DNA of 64,000 nt from an uncultured Gammaproteobacteria bacterium (GTDB lineage: Bacteria > Pseudomonadota > Gammaproteobacteria > Pseudomonadales > JAHEGP01), in the NCBI GenBank assembly GCA_963808975.1, contig CAWEHR010000001.1:229908-293907 (forward strand), given 5' to 3'. The notes under the pieces are model-generated. The model ran no database searches. It was not told where the DNA came from and saw only the letters and a list, made by a program, of their open reading frames with translations. The position numbers and the translations under genes are program-made. Numbering within the stretch: the stretch's first letter is position 1; every line of letters begins with the position of its first letter. Shown here piece by piece: positions 56,987 through 64,000 of the stretch.

Positions 56987-57826
56987 ATGAGCAACATCGA
57001 TCCGTTTTCTGGCTTCGGCCTTGGCCTTCGGCGGGATCACTACAAGGATTTCCTGGAAGGTGAGGTGCCGGTCGATTTTGTTGAGGTGATATCCGAAAAC
57101 TATATGGTCGATGGCGGCAGGCCGTTGCGTGTTCTCGAGCAGGTCCGCGCAAAAATCCCGGTGATCCTGCATGGGGTCTCCATGTCGATCGGGTCCGCTG
57201 ACGGGCTAAACCCGGACTATCTGGCAAAGCTCAAAGCCCTCGCGGAGCGAATCGAGCCGCTGTGGGTTTCCGACCACCTATGTTGGACCGGCACCAGCGC
57301 CCACAACAGCCATGACCTGCTGCCCCTGCCGTATACACTCGAGGCGCTCGATATAGTGTGCGACAACATTGACCTGGCGCAGGAGACCCTGGGCCGGCCC
57401 CTGTTATTCGAAAACCCCTCAAGTTACATGACTTTTCCCGATGACGAGATGAGCGAATGGGAGTTTATATCCCACATGGCGCAGCGCAGTGGCTGTTACC
57501 TGTTGCTAGACATCAACAATGTTTTTGTCAGTGCGCATAATCATGGGTTTGCGGCCGAGGATTATCTCGCCGGCTTACCGCTGGACCACGTGCGGCAAAT
57601 CCACCTCGCGGGTCACACCGATGGCATAATCAAAATCGACACACATGACCAGCCGGTCTGCGAGGGCGTATGGCAGCTTTATGCCAAGGCCCGCGGCATG
57701 CTGCCTGCCAGCGTGGCGACCATGATCGAGCGCGACGATGACATCCCGCTGCTGCCCGCACTCCTCGATGAGCTGGAACTGGCGCGCCAGTACATCCCGT
57801 GTCAACAACAGTCGGGAGTCGCCTGA
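56987..57826 (+). CDS. DUF692-family multinuclear non-heme iron oxidative enzyme (MNIO; BufB/MbnB-like)
   Basis: Start MSNIDPFSGFGLGLRRDHY. FVEVISENYM, ILHGVSMSIGS, VSDHLCW, LFENPSSY, LLLDINNVFVSAHNHG and IHLAGH are the conserved TIM-barrel metal-binding blocks of DUF692. Confidence 0.9.
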   Translation: MSNIDPFSGFGLGLRRDHYKDFLEGEVPVDFVEVISENYMVDGGRPLRVLEQVRAKIPVILHGVSMSIGSADGLNPDYLAKLKALAERIEPLWVSDHLCWTGTSAHNSHDLLPLPYTLEALDIVCDNIDLAQETLGRPLLFENPSSYMTFPDDEMSEWEFISHMAQRSGCYLLLDINNVFVSAHNHGFAAEDYLAGLPLDHVRQIHLAGHTDGIIKIDTHDQPVCEGVWQLYAKARGMLPASVATMIERDDDIPLLPALLDELELARQYIPCQQQSGVA

Positions 57827-58605
57827 TGGTCAACACAACGCTGAGCGCACATCAGCAGGAATTTCTGGCACATATGCTGGACCATGAGCGCACGCTGCCG
57901 GGGGGTTGGAATGCGCGCCACGCTGCCGGCATGGACATCTATCGCAATGCCTATCGCGCCCGGCTGGTCGATGCCTTGCGCGATACTTACGAATGCACCG
58001 CGCGCTGGGTTGGCGAGGACGCTTTCCAGCAGTCGGCGGCGCATCATGTCATTACCCATCCACCCAACAGCTGGACCCTGGATGATGTGGGTCAGGCGTT
58101 TCCCGATACCCTGCGCGAGTTGTTCGCGGGCGACCCCGAAGTCGCCGAGCTTGGCTGGCTTGAATGGGCAATGCATCGGTGTTTTGTGGCTGCTGATACA
58201 GCCCCGATCGATGCCGCGGGTTTTCGGGCGGCCACAGCGTCGTTTGAAGAGCACGACTGGGCCACCATGCGCCTGACCTTTCTCCCTGGAACGTATCAGG
58301 CGCCTATCTCGCATGATATCGGCACGCTCTGGAAGGCCCTGAAGCAGGGAACGTCGGCGAGCCCAGACTACTCGGCAAAAACACCGCTGTATTGTGTCGT
58401 GTGGCGAGAGGAACTGAAACCGGTCTTCACCCAGGTCGATGCGGCTGAAGGAAAGGCACTTGCCACCCTGCTTGGTGGCGCAAGTTATGGCGAGGCCTGC
58501 AATGCCCTGATTGACCTTCTGGGGGAAGAAGCAGCAGTCACCCAGGCCGGCGCCATGCTGGGCCGCTGGCTGCACCACGGCATGATAGCTGGCGTCTCAA
58601 AGTAA
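57826..58605 (+). CDS. DUF2063-family partner protein (BufC/MbnC-like)
   Basis: The ATG overlaps the DUF692 TGA by 1 nt (TGATG). The N-terminal QQEFLAHMLD...GMDIYRNAYRARLVDALRDTY pattern is typical of DUF2063. Confidence 0.8.
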   Translation: MVNTTLSAHQQEFLAHMLDHERTLPGGWNARHAAGMDIYRNAYRARLVDALRDTYECTARWVGEDAFQQSAAHHVITHPPNSWTLDDVGQAFPDTLRELFAGDPEVAELGWLEWAMHRCFVAADTAPIDAAGFRAATASFEEHDWATMRLTFLPGTYQAPISHDIGTLWKALKQGTSASPDYSAKTPLYCVVWREELKPVFTQVDAAEGKALATLLGGASYGEACNALIDLLGEEAAVTQAGAMLGRWLHHGMIAGVSK

Positions 58606-58704
58606 CAGCTTCTGATGCACGCCAGCCTTGCGTGTGCGATAGCGGGCCGCCGTGCGGCCTTCAGCTTGCATTCGTGGGCGACTCGGTTTCGGGTCAGCTT
58701 ATGT

Positions 58705-59847
58705 CTATGCTGGCAGCGCCGCCAGGCGCTCGAACAGGCTGCGGTAAAAATTGGCCTGGGGGCCCACCTGCCAGGGCTCTGGCAGCGCCACGATGTCAAT
58801 ATGGTCGCAGTGCACCACATCGTGGTACCACTCCCCGGGCAGGAAATCGCTGCGCCCGGCTATCTCACCCCCCACCGGGTGGTCGCCGCTGATTCTCGGA
58901 TAGAGCTGGGAATAGACAGACACCAGCCCATCGTTATGCCACCAGTCGGATGAGCGGAAGCCGGGATAGAACTCTCGCTTGAAGCGTTTGCGGCCAATGT
59001 ACAGGGCGGTGGGGATAGCGAACGGGTTCATCCTGGGTTCGGGATAATGCTGCCTTGACAGGAAGCCCTCAAAAGTCTGCTCGGTTGCATAGGAAAAATA
59101 GTAGGTGCCGGGGTTGGTCCTGCACATCGCATTCTGTTCGAGCAAACCCTGGATGGTGAGGCCGTAGGCCGCATTGTCCTTGCCGCGAAACATGGGTGTT
59201 TCGGCGACCCGCTCCAGCTGGTGCTCCAGACTCTCGTCGGGATCGCAGTCTAGCCCCCAGTGATCGAGATCGAAGTCATACCAGCGGTCGAACAGGTCGC
59301 CGGTCAGGCGTATATTGAATTCGATCGCCTTTGCCAGAGTATCGCCGATACTCTTGGGGTTTATCAGGCCGGTCTTTTTACTGCAACCGAAGAAGTAGGT
59401 CGCAGTACTGCCATTGAGCACGCCGGAGATGGAGTTGAGTGACTTTACCCAGTTGGCGTTCGAGCCCCAGCCAAAAAAATCCTCGGCCAGCAGGTGCTGC
59501 AACATCCAGATGGTGGGGCCGCCCATGCTGTGCCCCACCAGGTGTACCGGGTTGTCCTCGGACCAGTCCGGGTGGAAAGCCCGGTCCGCGGCGTACTCCC
59601 GCCCAAAGCGATCATGGCCGGCCTGTTTCGCGTGGGATTTTCCGTAGTCAACCCGGCCGCCACGAATCTGGAACGCCAGTTCACAGGCGCGATCGTGCAT
59701 GCTGCTGATGGGCCCCACACTGGCAACAAAGCGTGGCAGCGGCGATTTTACGCTGGTGGCAGTGCCCCAGTAGGGAAAGCCGCCGACCTCACAGGGACCC
59801 CAGCCAAACAAGCCGTGGCACAGGACTACCGGATACTGGTTGGCCAT
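58705..59847 (-). CDS. alpha/beta-hydrolase lipase (triacylglycerol-lipase-like)
   Basis: Start MANQYPVVLCHGLFGWG (oxyanion-hole context). Nucleophile elbow LVGHSMGG. Confidence 0.7.
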   Translation of the reverse strand: MANQYPVVLCHGLFGWGPCEVGGFPYWGTATSVKSPLPRFVASVGPISSMHDRACELAFQIRGGRVDYGKSHAKQAGHDRFGREYAADRAFHPDWSEDNPVHLVGHSMGGPTIWMLQHLLAEDFFGWGSNANWVKSLNSISGVLNGSTATYFFGCSKKTGLINPKSIGDTLAKAIEFNIRLTGDLFDRWYDFDLDHWGLDCDPDESLEHQLERVAETPMFRGKDNAAYGLTIQGLLEQNAMCRTNPGTYYFSYATEQTFEGFLSRQHYPEPRMNPFAIPTALYIGRKRFKREFYPGFRSSDWWHNDGLVSVYSQLYPRISGDHPVGGEIAGRSDFLPGEWYHDVVHCDHIDIVALPEPWQVGPQANFYRSLFERLAALPA

Positions 59848-59942
59848 CTTCGCTCCCCTTGTAAGCACCGAATTGCGTGCGACAGTATCGCCCAATTTGT
59901 GATGTTACTCCAGAAGGGTTGCTAAGCAGGGGTTGCAGGCTG

Positions 59943-60389
59943 TTATGCCGGCGCATACTGCTCCACCGCGCCATAGCCCTGCACCCAGCGGTACTGGCTG
60001 ATCACGATGGCGAATATCGCCACGTCGGGGTTATCCAGTAAAGCGGCCAATGTGGGGTTGCGTTGGAGCAAGGTTGACGCTGCCGCTGCGCTTTCGGCGC
60101 CAAGCAGTCGCCGCGCCTGACCGGAGGCGCTAAGCGCCACACCCTGGATATGATCCTCGATTTGCCGGGTCCGGTTGTCCCACAGCAGCGCGACTGCAGG
60201 GTGGGCCAGCATATTTTGCACCTTGCGCGTATGAGCCATCGACGCCAGGAAAATTCGGTCCAGCCTCGGCGTTTTTGCAAACGCCATCAGGTGCAGTTCC
60301 GGTTGATTCCCACCCACGGTGGCCAACACGCACTGCACCTGTTGCTCCAGCAGCGCACCTATGCGTTGGGGCAGCCCAGCGCCCTGCAC
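59943..60389 (-). CDS. pyridoxamine 5'-phosphate oxidase-family (split-barrel flavoprotein) protein
   Basis: 148 aa. QCVLATVGGNQPELHLMAF...HPAVALLWDN is the pattern of the PNPOx-like fold. Confidence 0.6.
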   Translation of the reverse strand: MQGAGLPQRIGALLEQQVQCVLATVGGNQPELHLMAFAKTPRLDRIFLASMAHTRKVQNMLAHPAVALLWDNRTRQIEDHIQGVALSASGQARRLLGAESAAAASTLLQRNPTLAALLDNPDVAIFAIVISQYRWVQGYGAVEQYAPA

Positions 60390-60390
60390 C

Positions 60391-61002
60391 CTAGTGGCTC
60401 AGATATTCCGGGCCGAAGCCCATCGACCACAGCACCGCGGTCCCGGCTCGCAGGCTTACCAACAGTACCAGGGCCACGGTAATGACCGAAGTGGAGTACA
60501 TGAAGGCCCGCTCCGGGGGAATATTCATCAGAATGGGCATTCCCTTGTAGATGAGGTAGACGCTGTACATACCGGCGATAAACATGGTGACGCCGTTGAA
60601 CCAGACGTTGGGCCACAATCCCGCCAGGCCGGCGACGAACAGCGGCGCAGTGGCGTAAACCGCCATCGCCATACCCATGCGCGGGTCCGCGGGTTCCTCG
60701 CTGTAAGTCCTGCGCATCCAGTTGATCAATTCACCGAAGACCCAGACCCCGACCAGCGCGGCGATATAACTGAGCAGGCAAAGGATAAAAGCGCTCCTCA
60801 GGGTCAGGTAGGCGACGGTACCGCCATCGGAGAGCTGCCAACCCACCTGGGTGACCCCGATAAAAAATGCGATCGCCGGAATCAATGCCAGCCAGGGCAC
60901 GATGGAAAAAAACTCCGCCGCTTTGCTATCCCGCTCGCCACGAATTTCGAGCCATTCGCTGTTAGGATGGGAAAAGATTCCCGCAAGGTGGTTAAGTGCC
61001 AT
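60391..61002 (-). CDS. Yip1-domain membrane protein
   Basis: 203 aa with five TM segments. The N-terminal LAGIFSHPNSEWLEI region is as in bacterial Yip1/DUF1282 proteins. Only 1 nt separates it from the downstream gene. Confidence 0.6.
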   Translation of the reverse strand: MALNHLAGIFSHPNSEWLEIRGERDSKAAEFFSIVPWLALIPAIAFFIGVTQVGWQLSDGGTVAYLTLRSAFILCLLSYIAALVGVWVFGELINWMRRTYSEEPADPRMGMAMAVYATAPLFVAGLAGLWPNVWFNGVTMFIAGMYSVYLIYKGMPILMNIPPERAFMYSTSVITVALVLLVSLRAGTAVLWSMGFGPEYLSH

Positions 61003-61182
61003 GAGTGCGTCCTCTGTGTTACTGACCTAAGGTCATCTACGTAGCAGAGAAATTTTTGGACCTCGGCAGGCCATTGAAGACGCCGCTCAGCTGCGTGTCG
61101 TACCGGTTCAGCGTGCCCTGGTTATGCCACCCTGCCACTGCTCTTGCAGGCCCCCGGGAACCCTGTCCAGCCGTCGACGAGA

Positions 61183-61938
61183 TCATGCCTCAACAATGCG
61201 CTCCAGGCTGTCACTCTGCAGGATCGTAATGCCCCCATACTCGAGGGCGATCAGGCCGTCAACCCGCCATTGATTCAAAATCTTGCTTACCGCCTGACGC
61301 GAGGCCCCGAGCATGTTTGCCAGATCCTGCTGGGTCAGCGCCACCCGCGGCCCGGACTGCGCCGCCGGGGTCGCATTGACAAGATACACCAGCCGGTTGG
61401 CCATCCGTTGCTCCAGCGAGCGCAGGGTGACATCGGCGTAGAAATGCAGCATGTGCCTGACCCTGGCACAAAGCAGGCGATTAAGCTGCCGGGAGAATGC
61501 CGAATGTTGACTGTACAGGAGCTCAAAATCAGTTTTGCTCAATTCAGCGAGTTCACCCCGCTCAATAGCCACTGCCGTGTTCGGCGCGACCCCGCCATCG
61601 ATCAGGCTGATCTCCCCAAAGCAATCACCGGGACCAAAAATGGCGAACAACACCTCCCGCCCATCGGCTGTCTGGTTGGTCATCCGCACCGCGCCACTGC
61701 GCACTTGCCACAGCCCGCCAAGCACAGAAGACTCCGCGTAGATCATCTCACCCCGGGCCACCGGCCGGCGACGCATCCGCTCGCGGGTGTGCTGACGGAT
61801 GTCGTCCGGTAGTTGGTCAATCCAGTTACTGCCGGTGTAAGGTGCTACCACTGCCTGTCCCCCCTGCCCTGCCGGTATCGTAGTTGCCCGAGTATCACAT
61901 ACTGCGCAAATGTCATCCAGATGGCAGATTTTTGCCAT
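61183..61938 (-). CDS. Crp/Fnr-family transcriptional regulator
   Basis: cNMP-binding beta-roll (FGPGDCFGEISLIDG) and C-terminal HTH (LTQQDLANMLGASRQAVSKILNQW). Confidence 0.8.
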   Translation of the reverse strand: MAKICHLDDICAVCDTRATTIPAGQGGQAVVAPYTGSNWIDQLPDDIRQHTRERMRRRPVARGEMIYAESSVLGGLWQVRSGAVRMTNQTADGREVLFAIFGPGDCFGEISLIDGGVAPNTAVAIERGELAELSKTDFELLYSQHSAFSRQLNRLLCARVRHMLHFYADVTLRSLEQRMANRLVYLVNATPAAQSGPRVALTQQDLANMLGASRQAVSKILNQWRVDGLIALEYGGITILQSDSLERIVEA

Positions 61939-62000
61939 CGATCAGCGTAGTCTCAATATCCTTGCTTACAATCGAGCAAACACCAACGCGAGGAATCATT

Positions 62001-62795
62001 ATGAATACATCAACCAGATCCGCAGTGAGAAACCAGGGCGATACGGACATGGTATTTCCGCCCCAATTCGAGTCGCCAGAGGCGGAGCGTGAAGACCGCA
62101 AGCGCAAGTTGGCGACCGCCTATCGCCTGTTCGGCAAGTTCGGTTTCGATGAGGGCGTTGCCGGTCACATCACCGTGCGCGACCCGGAATTGACCGACCA
62201 TTTCTGGGTCAACCCCATGGGCGTATCCTTCAAGCAGATCAAGGTGTCAGACCTCATGCTGGTCAGTCACGCCGGCGATGTGGTCGAGGGCAACGGCCTG
62301 CTCAACGCCGCCGCCTTCGCCATCCACTCGCAGATTCACAAGCACCATCCGCGGGTAACAGCCGCCGCCCACTCCCACTCGGTGTACGGTAAGGCCTGGT
62401 CAGCGATCGGTCGCAAGCTCGACCCCCTCACTCAGGATTCCTGCGCATTTTACGAGGATCACGTGTTGTTCGACGATTTTACTGGCGTGGTGCTGGACCT
62501 CAGTGAAGGCGAACGAATCGCCGCTGCATTGGGCGACAACAAAGCGGCGATCCTGCGCAATCACGGCCTGTTGACGGTGGGCACCACGGTGGAATCTGCG
62601 GCCTGGTGGTACATCACCATGGAGCGAACCTGCCAGGCGCAGTTGATGGCCGAGGCTGCCGGTAAACCCGTTCTGATTGATCCCGCCAGCGCCAAGGCCA
62701 CCTGGGAGACGATAGGCAGCGAACTCGCCGGCTGGTTCAGCTACAAACCCCTGCACGATGTGATCTGTGCGGAACAGCCGGACATGTTCGATTAG
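62001..62795 (+). CDS. class II aldolase / adducin-family protein
   Basis: Start MNTSTRSAV. GVAGHITVRDP, AFAIHSQIH, AAAHSHS and ILRNHGLLTVG are class II aldolase zinc-site motifs. Confidence 0.8.
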   Translation: MNTSTRSAVRNQGDTDMVFPPQFESPEAEREDRKRKLATAYRLFGKFGFDEGVAGHITVRDPELTDHFWVNPMGVSFKQIKVSDLMLVSHAGDVVEGNGLLNAAAFAIHSQIHKHHPRVTAAAHSHSVYGKAWSAIGRKLDPLTQDSCAFYEDHVLFDDFTGVVLDLSEGERIAAALGDNKAAILRNHGLLTVGTTVESAAWWYITMERTCQAQLMAEAAGKPVLIDPASAKATWETIGSELAGWFSYKPLHDVICAEQPDMFD

Positions 62796-62902
62796 CGATG
62801 TTCGCCCAGGCGCACCCCTGCCTCATTCCGGGGCTCAAACGCAGCGGCCGGCCGTGATGCAGGCCATGCCCCTGCGACGACCACCAGGGAGCACAACCAG
62901 CC

Positions 62903-63313
62903 ATGACCCAAACCGTGATAGAGCAGTGGCATTCGGTAGTCGCCAGCGGCAATCCCGCCGGCCTCGACCAACTGCTGCACGACGACGTGGTATTTCACTC
63001 GCCGGTGGTGCATACACCCCAGCGCGGCAAGACCATTACCCGCCTCTACCTCGGGGCCGCCTTTTCAGTATTGGCCAATGAATCCTTTAACTATGTCAGG
63101 GAGGTGGTCGGGGAACGCGATGCGGTGCTGGAGTTCACAACTGTTATCGACGGCATCAGCATTAACGGGATCGATATGATTCGCTGGAACGAGAGCGGAC
63201 AGATTACCGACTTCAAGGTTATGGTCAGGCCGCTCAAGGCGGTCAATCTGCTGCATCAAAAAATGGCCGAAATGCTGCAGGCGATAAGCCAGGGGGCATC
63301 GGGCCGAAGCTAA
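62903..63313 (+). CDS. SnoaL / NTF2-like fold protein
   Basis: 136 aa. LLHDDVVFHSPVVHTPQRGK...FTTVIDGISINGIDMIRWNESGQI is typical of SnoaL-like domains. Confidence 0.6.
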   Translation: MTQTVIEQWHSVVASGNPAGLDQLLHDDVVFHSPVVHTPQRGKTITRLYLGAAFSVLANESFNYVREVVGERDAVLEFTTVIDGISINGIDMIRWNESGQITDFKVMVRPLKAVNLLHQKMAEMLQAISQGASGRS

Positions 63314-63325
63314 CACGGCAGCGGG

Positions 63326-64000
63326 CTAGCCCCGCAACAAACGCTTCTGCAAACCCAGGACCCGGCGGGAGGCGGCCGCCACCGACAATTCCGGGTTGGC
63401 CTGCCCTACCTTACCGAGTAGATCCAGCTGCGCATAGAACCAGTACTGCACGGCAAATGTCGCCACGGAGCGGACCGTCTTGAAGCGGTTCAAAGCGGAC
63501 AACCAGCCAGGCAACAGGTGTAGTTGGTTTTCGTAGCGCGGCAACTCCTCAGTACCGGACAGCAACCGCGAGGGGGCATTGGTCATCACACACATGGGTC
63601 TGCCCAAACCGATCACGTCGGCGGCGCCATCCTCGATTGCCTGCTCCATGGCCGCTCGCTGGCGAAAGCCCCCGGTCACCATCAGCGGTATCGACAACTG
63701 CTGGCGCATCGCCAGGGCGAAATCGACAAAATAGGCCTCACGCATCATGGTCGATTTGGCGACGTTCTGCGGCTCTTCCGCTTCGACACCCTCCACCCCC
63801 AACAGCTTGGGCTGCTCGTAGGTGCCGCCGGAAATCTCGATCAGGTCGACACCGGCATCCTGCAGCCATCGCGCAACCTGCAAGCTATCTTCAAAGGCGA
63901 AGCCGCCTTTCTGGAAGTCGGCGCTGTTGAGCTTTACCGCGACCGGAAACGTCGGCCCCACGGCCTTCCTCACCTCGGCGACCACGTCGAGCAGCACCCG
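63326..64000 (-). CDS. Old Yellow Enzyme-family NADH:flavin oxidoreductase; C-terminal part only, gene runs off the right edge
   Basis: VAVKLNSADFQKGGF, DLIEISGGTYE, PLMVTGGFR and DVIGLGRP are TIM-barrel OYE motifs. The ORF is open at 64000. Confidence 0.7.
   Translation of the reverse strand, partial: RVLLDVVAEVRKAVGPTFPVAVKLNSADFQKGGFAFEDSLQVARWLQDAGVDLIEISGGTYEQPKLLGVEGVEAEEPQNVAKSTMMREAYFVDFALAMRQQLSIPLMVTGGFRQRAAMEQAIEDGAADVIGLGRPMCVMTNAPSRLLSGTEELPRYENQLHLLPGWLSALNRFKTVRSVATFAVQYWFYAQLDLLGKVGQANPELSVAAASRRVLGLQKRLLRG

Overview
High-GC (about 60% by eye) proteobacterial chromosome segment, most likely from a marine gammaproteobacterium. It is densely packed with about 60 protein-coding genes. 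I found no rRNA, tRNA, CRISPR array, integrase or transposase. Most content is housekeeping or envelope functions: partial ampG, yajQ, panE, a cobalamin riboswitch-btuB-adenosyltransferase unit, an L,D-transpeptidase, a Na+/H+ antiporter, MFS transporters, folM, ubiG, fumC, acnA, exeA/exeB, trhO, ybcJ and a CoA-type NUDIX hydrolase. The most interesting locus is 54.26-58.61 kb. It is a bufferin-type RiPP system built on a DUF692 (MNIO) enzyme and a DUF2063 partner. It has an unusual split architecture with two unrelated Cys-rich, Sec-signal precursor genes facing away from each other. One is a 6-Cys CKG-repeat peptide in front of DUF692-DUF2063. The other is a 4-Cys DUF2282 peptide in front of DoxX, an ECF sigma factor and an NrsF-like anti-sigma. 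Each precursor is preceded by a GTAAC(C/T)-N16-CGAA motif, which is the SigF-type ECF promoter as I remember it. A roughly 156-nt long imperfect hairpin lies between the 6-Cys precursor and the DUF692 gene. Other notable points: two diverged soluble class-I-type HMG-CoA reductase paralogues with no other mevalonate-pathway gene in the window; an AraC / fatty-acid-hydroxylase / alkyl-DHAP-synthase-like cluster; a stand-alone Anbu proteasome homologue; a leaderless peptidoglycan-binding protein with a YkuD-like His...SxGC motif; two photolyase/cryptochrome genes, one next to folM; and an AT-richer islet at 48.65-50.8 kb carrying a lone glycosyltransferase flanked by repeat- and hairpin-rich non-coding DNA. 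All family assignments come from reading the translations and motifs. No database search was possible.
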